From contig JAFXIZ010000072.1 in the NCBI GenBank assembly GCA_017532725.1, positions 9,956 to 73,955 of the forward strand: a stretch of 64,000 nt of DNA, written 5' to 3'. A model generated the notes under the pieces. The model did no database searches and was not told the DNA's origin. It worked only from the letters and a program-made list of their open reading frames with translations. The translations under genes and the position numbers were made by a program. This DNA comes from Bacteroidaceae bacterium (GTDB lineage Bacteria > Bacteroidota > Bacteroidia > Bacteroidales > Barnesiellaceae_A). This document shows positions 29,556 through 39,595 of the stretch, piece after piece; the stretch's first letter is position 1; each line of letters starts with the position of its first letter.

Positions 29556-30434
29556 ATGAAAAAGAGTCTTTTTTTAGTCATACCTGCACTGCTCGCACTT
29601 GCTGCTTGTGGAGGTAATGCATCGAACGGTGGTAGTACATTGCAACAAGAGAACGACTCGTTGCGCCAAGCCAACGCCGAGATACGCAATTACTACGAAG
29701 AGATAGTAAGTTATATGACCGAGATTGATGCCGATATGCAGGCCATCAAATCCGCCGAAAACTTTGTTGTAGAACAACGCAACGACACAGGCGACATCAC
29801 TGCATCGACACAAAGTCGCATCAAGGCCGATATAGAGTTGATGTCGAATACTTTACAACGCAATCGCGAGCGCATTGCCGAGTTGGAGAAGAAGCTCAAT
29901 TCGAGTTATGCCAACTCTTCGGCGTTGAAAAAAGCCATTGAGCAACTCAAGACTCAAATTGCCGAGAAGGATTCACTCATCGTAGGATTGCAAGAATCTC
30001 TTGCCCGTCGCGATGTGCGCATTGCCGAGTTGGATGCTGCTGTAAGTAACCTCTCGACTCAAGTTGCCGACTTGTCTGATATTCGTGCCAAGCAAGAGAA
30101 TGTCATTGCATCGCAAGATGCTGCCCTCAACGAAGTCTATTATGTATATGCCTATACCGATGCTTTACGCGAGAACAATATCCTTACCAAAGGTGGGCTG
30201 TTCAGCAAGAGCGAGGTAATGAAAGGCGATTTCAACAAAGACTTCTTTACCAAGGCCGACAAGCGTGCGCTGCAATCGATTTTCCTCGAAAGCAAGAAAG
30301 TTAAAGTATGCACATCGCACCCTGTAGGCAGTTATGAGATTGTAAAAGATGGCGAAGGATTCTCTACCCTCAACATCCTCGACCCCGACAAGTTCTGGGC
30401 TACATCACGCTATCTTGTAGTAGAATTGAAGTAA
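29556..30434 (+). CDS. coiled-coil lipoprotein, function unknown
   Basis: MKKSLFLVIPALLALAACGG lipobox followed by a long heptad-like region. Start set at the ATG at 29556. Confidence 0.65.
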   Translation: MKKSLFLVIPALLALAACGGNASNGGSTLQQENDSLRQANAEIRNYYEEIVSYMTEIDADMQAIKSAENFVVEQRNDTGDITASTQSRIKADIELMSNTLQRNRERIAELEKKLNSSYANSSALKKAIEQLKTQIAEKDSLIVGLQESLARRDVRIAELDAAVSNLSTQVADLSDIRAKQENVIASQDAALNEVYYVYAYTDALRENNILTKGGLFSKSEVMKGDFNKDFFTKADKRALQSIFLESKKVKVCTSHPVGSYEIVKDGEGFSTLNILDPDKFWATSRYLVVELK

Positions 30435-30534
30435 AAAAAAGAACAGCACGCCATCTGTCGCTGCTGTCCTATAACGCAAAGTCCTCACTTTACATCGTAG
30501 TAGAGTGGGGGCTTTTTATATAGTTTTCCTCTTT

Positions 30535-31359
30535 CTATGCCTTGCGTAAGAACTTGGCAAAGACAAATATCAACACGGCTGTTGTTACGCTGCTGATGAC
30601 AAATGTTAGTGTTGTAGGCTCTGTACCTATCCACGGCATTGTCTCTATACTCTTGTCGTAGTAGGCTGCGACAGCGACGCTGTTGTTCAGGGCGTGAGCC
30701 AATATGGGTAGCCACAGGCTGCCACTCCACACGGCCAAGTATCCGAAGTATGCACCCAATAGCATACGAGGCACAACGCCAAAGGCCTGCATATGTACGA
30801 CGCTGAATATAAAGGCTGTTATCCATATCGCTGCGTGTCGGTTCATATTTTGCTCAAGTAGCAGGCGTTGCAGTGACCCTCTGAAGAAGAACTCCTCGCC
30901 TATACCCGTCAGCACACCCACCAACAATATGGCAACAACGAGGCGACCTACAGATGTAAGCGACAACATCTGCTCGGTGGCTGCCATCGCGGCATCCTCC
31001 ATATCGCGCAGCCACGACAGCCATTCGGGTAGTTGCCAACCCTCGTTCCACAATACTATACCGTTCATCATAGGTGCCGATGCAACGTATATGAGCAGTA
31101 CCATAGCAATCTGCATCACATTGGGGCAACGGTTTATTTGCATTACACGCATAGCCTTGCCGGCGTTGAATATGCGTGCCACGATTACTGCCGGTATGAT
31201 AAACATACCTATGTTTTGCAACGCACTCATTGCCATCAACATTCGCCATTGTTCTACGCCTTTCATCTGGAATATTACCATTGCAACCATTATGAGCAGG
31301 TAGAACAACATTACAAGTGCCAAGAGCGACAATATCTGTGTACCTAATTTTCGTTTCAT
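30535..31359 (-). CDS. CPBP family intramembrane glutamic endopeptidase (CAAX protease-like)
   Basis: EEFFFRG, FSVVH and HALNN motifs in a polytopic membrane protein. Confidence 0.85.
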   Translation of the reverse strand: MKRKLGTQILSLLALVMLFYLLIMVAMVIFQMKGVEQWRMLMAMSALQNIGMFIIPAVIVARIFNAGKAMRVMQINRCPNVMQIAMVLLIYVASAPMMNGIVLWNEGWQLPEWLSWLRDMEDAAMAATEQMLSLTSVGRLVVAILLVGVLTGIGEEFFFRGSLQRLLLEQNMNRHAAIWITAFIFSVVHMQAFGVVPRMLLGAYFGYLAVWSGSLWLPILAHALNNSVAVAAYYDKSIETMPWIGTEPTTLTFVISSVTTAVLIFVFAKFLRKA

Positions 31360-31465
31360 ATCCTATTTTATTAATTGTTTGCGATAAAATGTTATGTTTT
31401 CGGTCAATACTGCCTACAATCGCTAAATTCCATTGCAAACTTACAAAATTACAACAAATAATATG

Positions 31466-31473
31466 TAACTTTG
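31466..31473 (+). promoter_or_regulatory. -7 box TAACTTTG for the symporter gene
   Basis: Exact TAnnTTTG match 21 nt upstream of the ATG at 31494. Confidence 0.5.
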
Positions 31474-31493
31474 TCACACTAAAATTCGATACT

Positions 31494-32663
31494 ATGAAGT
31501 TTAAGAAACCTACATTACTCGTACAAGTTCTCATTGCCGTTGCTTTGGGTATCTTAATGGGTCAATTCTTGCCCGAAGCGATTGCTCGCATTTTTGTTAC
31601 ATTCAACTCTATATTTGGCAACTTCCTTGCTTTTGCCATTCCTCTCATTATCGTGGGGCTTATCATTCCTGCCATTGCCGACTTGGGTAAGGGTGCCGGT
31701 CGTATGCTGTTGCTCACTGCTGTTATGGCATACGTCTTTACGCTATTCTCGGGTTTCTTCACATTCTTTGTATGCGATCCCATATTCCCCTCTATGATAA
31801 ACAGTGGACAGGGAGTGGGGGCTATTAGCGAAGCCAACGAGGCACTAAAGCCCTATTTTACGGTTGCAATGCCTCCTTTGATGGATATTATGACTGCACT
31901 GTTGTTGGCGTTCAGCGTGGGATTGGGGCTGTCGGTTATCGAGGGCGAAACGCTCAAGCGTGCCACCGAGGACTTTCGCGATATTGTTACACTCATTATT
32001 ACCAAGGTGATAGTACCCCTGTTGCCGTTGCACATATTTGGTATTTTCCTCAATATGACCGTTACAGGACAAGTGGTATCGGTAATGTCGGTGTTCCTCA
32101 AGATTATCATTGTAATATTTATCCTGCACGTTTTGTTGCTCATCTTGCAGTTTGTCATAGCCGGTGTGGCAAGTCGCAAAAATCCCTTTAGGTTGTTGCG
32201 CAATATGTTGCCGGCATACTTTACTGCATTGGGTACGCAATCATCGGCTGCAACAATACCCGTAACCTTGCAACAGGCTATCAAGAACGGTGTTACTCCC
32301 AATATTGCCACGTTTGTCATTCCCCTGTGTGCCACAATACACCTATCGGGTAGTACGATGAAGATTGTGGCTTGTTCGATGGCTGTGTTGCTTATGAACG
32401 GTATGGGTATCGACTTTGGCAGTTATGCAGGATTTATATGTATGCTGGGTATCACTATGGTGGCTGCCCCGGGTGTGCCCGGTGGTGCTATTATGGCTGC
32501 CCTCGGCGTGCTGGAGGGTTTCCTCGGATTTGGTGAGATGGAGCAGGCCTTGATGATAGCCCTATATATAGCAATGGATAGTTTCGGTACGGCTTGTAAT
32601 GTAACAGGCGACGGTGCTATTGCTGTGATAATAGACCGCATATCGCATCACAAGAATGATTGA
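31494..32663 (+). CDS. dicarboxylate/amino acid:cation symporter (DAACS family, SstT/GltP-like)
   Basis: MKFKKPTLLVQVLIAVALGILMG... is polytopic and carries the conserved SSAATIPV and ATIHLSGS-type blocks. Start set after the promoter. Confidence 0.85.
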   Translation: MKFKKPTLLVQVLIAVALGILMGQFLPEAIARIFVTFNSIFGNFLAFAIPLIIVGLIIPAIADLGKGAGRMLLLTAVMAYVFTLFSGFFTFFVCDPIFPSMINSGQGVGAISEANEALKPYFTVAMPPLMDIMTALLLAFSVGLGLSVIEGETLKRATEDFRDIVTLIITKVIVPLLPLHIFGIFLNMTVTGQVVSVMSVFLKIIIVIFILHVLLLILQFVIAGVASRKNPFRLLRNMLPAYFTALGTQSSAATIPVTLQQAIKNGVTPNIATFVIPLCATIHLSGSTMKIVACSMAVLLMNGMGIDFGSYAGFICMLGITMVAAPGVPGGAIMAALGVLEGFLGFGEMEQALMIALYIAMDSFGTACNVTGDGAIAVIIDRISHHKND

Positions 32664-32710
32664 TAGGTCGTTTGGAGTGAATATATAAGTAGTAAATTAA
32701 ATAATACACA

Positions 32711-34612
32711 ATGAAGAAAACATTAGTCGATCTCTTTGAACAGTCGGTACAACAGTATCCCAATAATACTTTCTTATTGGAGAAAACCGACAAGGTGTTT
32801 GAACCAACAACTTATACACAAGTAAAGGAACAAGTATATCGCATAGGTGCCGGATTGCAAGCACTCGGCGTGAAGAAGGGCGATACTATGGCATTGCTCA
32901 GCGAAGGCCGCAATATGTGGATTATTGGCGAGTTGGCTATGTTCTATGCCGGTGCTGTCAATGTGCCTCTCTCTATAAAACTTGAGGAGAGTAACGACCT
33001 GCTCTTCCGTCTTATACACGGTGATGTGCAGTATATAATGGTATCGGCACAACAACTCAAGAAGATACGCCTTATCAAAGACAAGTTGCCCGAGGTGAAA
33101 AAGATTATCGTTTTTGATGACGTTAAAGAGTATCAAGAGCGTGAAATGTCGCTCGCCGAATTGCAAAAGATGGGCGATGAATTTCTTGCATCGCATTCGC
33201 TCGACGAGTTTCTTGCTGTAGGTCGCTCTATCCAAAACGACGATTATGCCACTATCACCTACACAAGTGGTACTACAGCCGACCCCAAGGGCGTGGTGCT
33301 GACACATCGCAACTATACAGCCAACGTGGAGCAAGCACTCACATTGGTGGCGATAGACCAAACGTGGCGCACACTTATCATCCTGCCTCTCGACCACTGC
33401 TTTGCGCACGTTGTAGGTTTCTACATTATGATGTCGCGTGGTGCTACGGTTGCCACTGTGCAAGTAGGTCGCAACGCACTCGAAACTCTCAAGAACATCC
33501 CCAAGAACATCAAGGAGGTACGCCCTCATTTCATATTGAGCGTACCGGCTTTGGCCAAAACCTTCAAGAAAAACATCGAAGGCGCTATCCGTGCCAAGGG
33601 TGCTACTACCGAGAAACTCTTTAACCTTGGACTGAAAACCAAGCAACTCTACTATGGCGATAGCAACCTCGACCCCAAAGGTTGGCGCATTATTCTCAAA
33701 CCCATTGTGGCGCTCTTCGACAAAATTATTTTCTCGAAAGTGCGTGAAAACTTTGGTGGCGAGTTGCGTTTCTTCATCGGTGGTGGCGCATTGCTCGATA
33801 AGGACTTGCAAAAGTTCTATGTAGGCGTGGGTATGCCTATGTATCAAGGCTACGGCTTGTCGGAGGCTACGCCGGTAATATCGTCAAACGGCCCCGAAAA
33901 GTATCGCTTCGGATCGAGTGGTAAGTTGGTAAAACCCATCGAGTTGAAGATATGCGACAGCGAGGGCAAGGAGTTACCTCTTGGCGAGATGGGCGAAATC
34001 GTTGTCAAAGGCGAGAACGTGATGGCCGGATATTGGAAAAATCCCGAATCTACTGCCGAAACCGTACGCGACGGATACCTATATACAGGTGACCTCGGTT
34101 ATATGACTGCCGAAGGTTTGCTCTATGTCAAGGGTCGTTTCAAGAGTCTGCTCATATCGAGCGACGGCGAGAAATATAGCCCCGAGGGTATCGAAGAGTC
34201 GTTGGTGGAGTTGTCCGAGTATATCGACCAAGTGATGCTCTACAACAACCAATCGCCCTATACGACAGCACTTATCGTGCCCAACAAGGAGCGTTTGCGC
34301 GCTACACTCAAGGAGCAAGGTCTGGGTCTTGACACCGAGGAGGGTCGCAAGGCTGCCCTTAAACTCATTGATGCCTCGGTAGCCCGATTTAAGAAGGGTG
34401 GCGACCTCGAGGCTATGTTCCCCGACCGTTGGTTGCCCACCGGTTTGGCCATCCTTGCCGAGCCGTTTACCGAGCAAAATCAGATGATAAACAGCACGAT
34501 GAAAATGGTGCGTGGTAAGATTGAAAAAGCCTACGCCGAGCGTATCGAATACCTATACACCCCCGAAGGCAAGCAACTGCTCAATCAACAAAACATCGAT
34601 GCATTGAAGTAA
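32711..34612 (+). CDS. long-chain fatty acid--CoA ligase (AMP-binding family)
   Basis: AMP-binding signature YTSGTTADPKGV, plus GYGLSE and the GDLGYM...K core motifs. Confidence 0.85.
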   Translation: MKKTLVDLFEQSVQQYPNNTFLLEKTDKVFEPTTYTQVKEQVYRIGAGLQALGVKKGDTMALLSEGRNMWIIGELAMFYAGAVNVPLSIKLEESNDLLFRLIHGDVQYIMVSAQQLKKIRLIKDKLPEVKKIIVFDDVKEYQEREMSLAELQKMGDEFLASHSLDEFLAVGRSIQNDDYATITYTSGTTADPKGVVLTHRNYTANVEQALTLVAIDQTWRTLIILPLDHCFAHVVGFYIMMSRGATVATVQVGRNALETLKNIPKNIKEVRPHFILSVPALAKTFKKNIEGAIRAKGATTEKLFNLGLKTKQLYYGDSNLDPKGWRIILKPIVALFDKIIFSKVRENFGGELRFFIGGGALLDKDLQKFYVGVGMPMYQGYGLSEATPVISSNGPEKYRFGSSGKLVKPIELKICDSEGKELPLGEMGEIVVKGENVMAGYWKNPESTAETVRDGYLYTGDLGYMTAEGLLYVKGRFKSLLISSDGEKYSPEGIEESLVELSEYIDQVMLYNNQSPYTTALIVPNKERLRATLKEQGLGLDTEEGRKAALKLIDASVARFKKGGDLEAMFPDRWLPTGLAILAEPFTEQNQMINSTMKMVRGKIEKAYAERIEYLYTPEGKQLLNQQNIDALK

Positions 34613-34628
34613 ACGAATGTAAATAAGT

Positions 34629-34662
34629 GAGCCTGTTGGTAATATACGAGCAGGCTCTTTTT
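34629..34662 (+). terminator. terminator after the acyl-CoA ligase gene
   Basis: Hairpin gagcctg...caggctc followed by ttttt. It argues against the GTG start at 34627 for the next ORF. Confidence 0.65.
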
Positions 34663-34686
34663 CTAACACCTAAATTAAGTAATACT

Positions 34687-35013
34687 ATGTACCCTTGGAG
34701 TGATGAAATGAACTGTGCCGTAACGGTATGCGATACCGAAGGCATCATATTGTATATGAACGAGAAGGCTCGCCAAACATTTGCACGTCACGGCGACCTT
34801 ATTGGTAAGAATATGTTCGATTGCCACAGCCCTGCCTCGCAAGAGAAGATTCGCAACCTGCTCGCTACCGGTGGCTCCAATGCCTACACCATCGAGAAGG
34901 AGGGGCTTCACAAAGTGATATATCAGACAGCGTGGCGCGAAAACGGTGTGGTAAAAGGCCTTGTGGAAATCTCTATGATTGTCCCTGCCGAGATGCCCCA
35001 CTATGTACGATAA
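34687..35013 (+). CDS. small stand-alone PAS domain protein
   Basis: 108 aa; AVTVCDTEGIILYMNEKARQTF...GKNMFDCH is a PAS fold pattern. Confidence 0.65.
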   Translation: MYPWSDEMNCAVTVCDTEGIILYMNEKARQTFARHGDLIGKNMFDCHSPASQEKIRNLLATGGSNAYTIEKEGLHKVIYQTAWRENGVVKGLVEISMIVPAEMPHYVR

Positions 35014-35031
35014 TAATGATTGTAATAAGAA

Positions 35032-35073
35032 ACACATAGCGCATAGCCCTTACGCTATGCGCTGTGTGTTTAT
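35032..35073. terminator. bidirectional terminator between convergent genes
   Basis: 16-bp stem acacatagcgcatagc / gctatgcgctgtgtgt with one wobble pair. Confidence 0.65.
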
Positions 35074-35085
35074 GTAGTATCTCAC

Positions 35086-36735
35086 TTACTCATCGCCTTG
35101 TGTAGCCTCCCACCTCTTGTGTACAAAGGGTATGGGCAGGCGACGATATATCTTCAGGCTGTTCTTGAATCCCTTGCGAATGGTGCTCCACTTGGGATGT
35201 ATAGCCGAGGGACGTATCGTATCGGTTGCCACTGCCAACAGCATTACTACCATTATAATTGCTATCATCAGCAACCAACCAAACACCTCTTTCATCGACA
35301 CTATCATTGCGTGCTGTTGCACCATTCCGTATAGTTGTCCTATACCTATGTGTGCTATATCGGGGTTAACGGCAGTCATCTTGCTACCTATCAGCATCGC
35401 ATTCTTGGCTATCGTGTGTTCAAATATCTCGCCCAATACAGCCGGCCCTATGGTACTACCCAATACGGCACTTGCAAATCCGTTTATCGTAAGTGCTTGT
35501 GCAAAGTTGGGGAAGGGGAGTCCTGCTTGCGATATAGCCGTCAGGAAGCATATCGAGCAAGTTACAACAGCCACGCCTCGGCAGAATAGTGGTATGATGA
35601 GCATCTCTTTGCTCAAGTTGTAGTCGATGAAAAAGTAGAAGTATGCCAAGTAGATGGCTGCAAACGTAAAGCCCATTACGGTCATTCTTCTGTAACTCCA
35701 CCTGCGCTTGGCAAAGAAGATGTAGCAGAACGCACAACTGAATATCACACCGGCAAAGGTAAACCAATTGAGCGAAATGGCATTTAACGAGTCGTATCCC
35801 AATATAGCCTCGCTGAATGCGTGTTCAAATACGTGCTCGGTCGATACAAGAAAATCGATGAGAAGATACAGTATTGTTGTCTTTATTATTATCCTGTTCT
35901 TCCACACGATAGGGGCTATGTAGGGGTGTCGCAGCAACTTCATTCGCCACACATTGATTGCTATTCCTATTATGGCAAAGAGTGTGGCTGTGCGTATATG
36001 CACCGAGTACCACCAATCGTAATGGTCGCCATAGAGGCAAATGAACACGATACACAACATCACACCTCCCCACAGTGCCGAGCCGAGCCAATCGATGCCG
36101 AATAGTGGCAACTTGGGCATACTGCGATGGTGGCGTATGAGCAGTGTGGTGAGCAGGAATATACAACTCAGCAGGCCTATGACAAGCCAGTGCATATATC
36201 GCCAAGATGTCCAGAAGGTGGTATATACAGCCACAATTCCATCGAGTTGCATACTGCCCTGCACAATCAGGTAGATAAAGCAAAACCACTCTGCCATATC
36301 GCGCTTGGGGGTTATCCACAGTTGTATCGTGGTGTTGCAGGCAAATGTTCCCCACATCCTGAACCATCCTGCCACAAAGCAAGTAGCCACAAGCAATGGC
36401 ACATTGGTTGTGTGCAAGCATATCAGGTTGCAGATGATAAGGGCTATACTGCACGTCTTGAGGCTTGTTCGCAGTGAAAAGCGAAACTTGAGCCTGAACA
36501 TTACGGCAAAGTTGAGCGACATACCTACCAGCGAGGCATATCCGGCCATCATAATATCCTCGTGCATCAGTGCCGTTGAGCCTACCATATTGGTCGCTGC
36601 TGCCAGATATACGCCTCCCGATAACTGAAATATCAGCACAAAGGCAATGAATATCCAAGGCTTCAGCCGCCGTGGTACAAAACCTCTTACGTCGGGAATG
36701 TCAAACATTCCCTTGGGTATCAATGGTGCTCCCAT
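35086..36735 (-). CDS. polytopic efflux permease, probably MFS (EmrB/DHA2-like)
   Basis: 549 aa with about 14 hydrophobic segments. Last gene of the TolC-HlyD operon; its start overlaps the HlyD stop by 1 nt. Confidence 0.65.
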   Translation of the reverse strand: MGAPLIPKGMFDIPDVRGFVPRRLKPWIFIAFVLIFQLSGGVYLAAATNMVGSTALMHEDIMMAGYASLVGMSLNFAVMFRLKFRFSLRTSLKTCSIALIICNLICLHTTNVPLLVATCFVAGWFRMWGTFACNTTIQLWITPKRDMAEWFCFIYLIVQGSMQLDGIVAVYTTFWTSWRYMHWLVIGLLSCIFLLTTLLIRHHRSMPKLPLFGIDWLGSALWGGVMLCIVFICLYGDHYDWWYSVHIRTATLFAIIGIAINVWRMKLLRHPYIAPIVWKNRIIIKTTILYLLIDFLVSTEHVFEHAFSEAILGYDSLNAISLNWFTFAGVIFSCAFCYIFFAKRRWSYRRMTVMGFTFAAIYLAYFYFFIDYNLSKEMLIIPLFCRGVAVVTCSICFLTAISQAGLPFPNFAQALTINGFASAVLGSTIGPAVLGEIFEHTIAKNAMLIGSKMTAVNPDIAHIGIGQLYGMVQQHAMIVSMKEVFGWLLMIAIIMVVMLLAVATDTIRPSAIHPKWSTIRKGFKNSLKIYRRLPIPFVHKRWEATQGDE

Positions 36736-37769
36736 CAGTAGTTAACTTCACATTCTACATTCAGTCCGGCACGCAAGCGTTTCATATCTTCTACCTTGTT
36801 ATCTTCGGTAAATTCTATGCGCACAGGCACACGCTGTTCTATCTTTACAAAGTTGCCGGCCGAGTTGTCTTGAGGCAACAACGATACACTCGCTCCGGTC
36901 GATGCCGACAATGATTTTACCTTACCTTTGAAGGTCACTCCGGGTACGGCATCGACACTTATCTCTACATCCATACCCTCCTCGATGTTGGCTGTTTGGG
37001 TCTCCTTGTAGTTGGCTATTACCCACACTTCGCTTTCATCTACAACCTCTACCATTGTCTGTCCGGGTTGTACAAGTTGACCTACTTGTATGTTCTTGTG
37101 CGAGGTATATCCGTCGCAAGGTGCTGTGATGATAGTATATGAGAGATTGAGTTCGGCAAGGTCGAGTGCTGCCTGAGCAAGTTCTATTCCGGCATTGTTT
37201 TGTGTGAGGCGTTGCGACAACTCCTCACGGGCAAGGGCTGTCGATTGGCGTTGGCGTTTCAGTGTTTCGTACTTGGCCTTCATCGCCTCATAGTTGGTCT
37301 TTACACCGTCATATTGTTGGCGTGTTACAGCGTTCTGCGCCAATAGGTTTTCGTAGCGATGAAAGTCCTTCTCGGCATTCTCCATTACAATACGAGCCTC
37401 CTCGATGGTAGCCTCGTTTACAGCAATATTGTTGCTGATGGTCGATATGGAGCTACCCGTTACGTTCTTGCCGGCGAGGGCGTTGGCATAGTCGGCCTTG
37501 GCTTGGGCAAGGTGCAAACGAAACTCGCTATCCTCTATGATGACAAGTGTATCGCCCTTCTTGACGTGGGTATATTCTTCAAATCGTATCTCCTTGATAA
37601 AGCCCGGTACACGGCTGTTTACGGGAACAATATGCTGGTTGACTTGTGCGTTGTCGGTATATTCAACGTTGCCCAAGTGGATAAACTTGGATGCAACCCA
37701 AGTAACGCCTACCAATAATACAATGATTACCAATACTCCCGATAAGATTTTTTTGACTCTTTTTTTCAT
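36735..37769 (-). CDS. HlyD/EmrA-family membrane fusion protein
   Basis: N-terminal TM segment, lipoyl/biotinyl-like hairpin, coiled-coil and beta-barrel blocks. Confidence 0.9.
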   Translation of the reverse strand: MKKRVKKILSGVLVIIVLLVGVTWVASKFIHLGNVEYTDNAQVNQHIVPVNSRVPGFIKEIRFEEYTHVKKGDTLVIIEDSEFRLHLAQAKADYANALAGKNVTGSSISTISNNIAVNEATIEEARIVMENAEKDFHRYENLLAQNAVTRQQYDGVKTNYEAMKAKYETLKRQRQSTALAREELSQRLTQNNAGIELAQAALDLAELNLSYTIITAPCDGYTSHKNIQVGQLVQPGQTMVEVVDESEVWVIANYKETQTANIEEGMDVEISVDAVPGVTFKGKVKSLSASTGASVSLLPQDNSAGNFVKIEQRVPVRIEFTEDNKVEDMKRLRAGLNVECEVNY

Positions 37770-39118
37770 AATACGCCTGTTATGTATAGTAGTTTATAGT
37801 AATAGTAAATAATATTGATTTGTGCATTGACCAACTTTTGCTCGGCATCCAACTTGGCATTAGAGGCATCGAGCATATCGGTAATGAGTGCCATATCGTT
37901 GCGATAGCGATTGGATGTAACGTCGTAATTTTGTTGAGCAAGTTCTACACTCTTTTGTTGTGTCTTAAACTCTTCCAACGACTCAAGGTATCGTGTATAG
38001 TCGGCATTGATGGCAAGGGCGATTTGCTCCTCGGTGGCATCATACTCCTCCATAGCCTTGTGGGTGGTTGCTCGGTTGCGACTCAATTTTTTGTTGGTCT
38101 TGAACAACGATGATATGTTGTAGTTGATACCTACGCCTACATACCAATAGTTGAAGTTCTTGTCGATAGGGGGTACCTCGATGGTGATAGGGCCGTCCAT
38201 CTTGTAACCGGCAAATAGTGCTATGTGAGGCAATCGCTCGGCTTTGATAATCGACTCATTCTTCCGGCTCATCTTTACCCCTGTTTCGGCCATCTTCAGC
38301 ACCGATGAGTTGCTCTTGGCATTGTCCAACCAATAGTTGTAGTCGGATGTAGGAATGGTAAGTTGCAAGATTGTAGAGTCGGGGATAATGGTATAGTCAT
38401 CCGACAGCCCCAGCGATGTAGTCAGGTTTCTGTTCAGTATCGACAGCGTGTTGTCGATTTGCGTGAGATTCAACTCAAGATTGGCCAACAACAATTCGTA
38501 GCGAGTAATATCGTTTCGTAGCACGATACCCTCATTCTCGCGCGCCTTCATTTCCTTTATTACCTCGCGCGTTTGACCGATATTCTCCTCAAGCACAAGC
38601 CTCATATTACGGCATTTGTACAGGTCGAGATAGTAACCTATAAGCATAAAGTGCAAGGCATTACGCTTGTCCTCCAACTGCAATCGCGCCATATCGTGTT
38701 GCAGTTGAGCCATTCCTATACCGTGCTTGATAGCACCTCCGGCAAAGATTACCTGATTGGCTTCCAATGCAAAGTTGTTGCCAAAGTGGGGCATAGGAGC
38801 CTTCTCGAAGTTTGTAAAATCGCGATTGGTAATAAAACCATCGCCCAAATAACTCGCCGAAAGGCTGGCATTCAGGTCGGGCAATCTGTTCGATTTTGCC
38901 ACACTCACACCGGCTTCGGCCTCTTGCACACTACTCAATAGTGGGCGCAATTGCTTGCTGTTGGCATCGGCAAGTCGAAACATCTCCTCGACAGTGAGTA
39001 TGCTGTCGCTACACGCAGTATCGGGTGTAGTTTCGGCTGTTGCCATATCCTGTGGCAAGGCACTTTCGGCGCATAGCATTACACACAGTAACACTATGAG
39101 CAATCTTAAATTGTTCAT
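37766..39118 (-). CDS. TolC-family outer membrane efflux protein
   Basis: Signal peptide and two internal repeats typical of TolC. ATGA overlap with the HlyD gene. Confidence 0.9.
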   Translation of the reverse strand: MNNLRLLIVLLCVMLCAESALPQDMATAETTPDTACSDSILTVEEMFRLADANSKQLRPLLSSVQEAEAGVSVAKSNRLPDLNASLSASYLGDGFITNRDFTNFEKAPMPHFGNNFALEANQVIFAGGAIKHGIGMAQLQHDMARLQLEDKRNALHFMLIGYYLDLYKCRNMRLVLEENIGQTREVIKEMKARENEGIVLRNDITRYELLLANLELNLTQIDNTLSILNRNLTTSLGLSDDYTIIPDSTILQLTIPTSDYNYWLDNAKSNSSVLKMAETGVKMSRKNESIIKAERLPHIALFAGYKMDGPITIEVPPIDKNFNYWYVGVGINYNISSLFKTNKKLSRNRATTHKAMEEYDATEEQIALAINADYTRYLESLEEFKTQQKSVELAQQNYDVTSNRYRNDMALITDMLDASNAKLDAEQKLVNAQINIIYYYYKLLYITGVL

Positions 39119-39338
39119 AAAAAATAAAGATTATAGAATTTATTGAAATTGACGAAATGAAACGTTGGAGGGTATGACCTATATTACCCTCTGTTAGCCT
39201 TTAAGATGTCCCGTACTCTTCCACTTTTCCATACAACAATGCTTGGGTAAGATATTACCCGATAGTAGGTTGAGAGAGTGTAGTTTGGATATTGCTTGTT
39301 TCATTTTTCTGTACTGAACTTTTCGTTCTTATCGGCTG

Positions 39339-39346
39339 CAAAATTA
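39339..39346 (-). promoter_or_regulatory. -7 box TAATTTTG for the efflux operon
   Basis: Exact TAnnTTTG match on the minus strand, about 220 nt upstream of the TolC ATG. Confidence 0.4.
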
Positions 39347-39516
39347 GTGATTTTTTTACTCCCTTACAAGCCTTAATAATCATTATTTTATAGTAATAAT
39401 GCAATATGTATAATGGTAAATAATTGATAATTAATATTGTAAACTACTGCTATGCGCGACAAATTTATATATCTATTGCCACTTACTCTCCTTATCGCCA
39501 TTTGCCCACCTCGGTT

Positions 39517-39580
39517 GCGCTCGGGATAAAAAATAAGTAAACTTATTTTGTTCTCCTCTCGCTTATCGCTATCTTTGCAA
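39517..39580 (+). promoter_or_regulatory. promoter cassette A (palindrome + TTTG-N19-TATCTTTG) upstream of ygiQ
   Basis: gcgctcgggat-AAAATAAGtaaaCTTATTTT-gttctcc...TATCTTTGcaa. -33 at 39547-39550 and -7 at 39570-39577. A near-copy lies at 41596-41659. Confidence 0.6.
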
Positions 39581-39595
39581 CAAAAGAAATTCGTT

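Noticed and set aside
39530-39549. The AT-only palindromes in the ygiQ/relA cassettes as rho-independent terminators.
   Set aside because: The stems contain only A:T pairs, with at most one G:C pair, which is too weak. They sit at a fixed distance upstream of -33/-7 boxes, so an operator or UP-like role fits better.
39548-39595. N-terminal extensions offered by the ORF track. Examples are ygiQ from 39548, nspC from 4817, aspS from 15406, the symporter from 31317, rsmI from 28772, the lipoprotein from 29499, the PAS protein from 34627, and the island ORFs from 57946 and 62864.
   Set aside because: The extensions contain promoter boxes or terminators, overlap neighbouring genes, or add non-conserved residues ahead of a canonical family N-terminus or signal peptide. 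Internal ATGs were used instead. hemW (20832 versus 20766) remains ambiguous.
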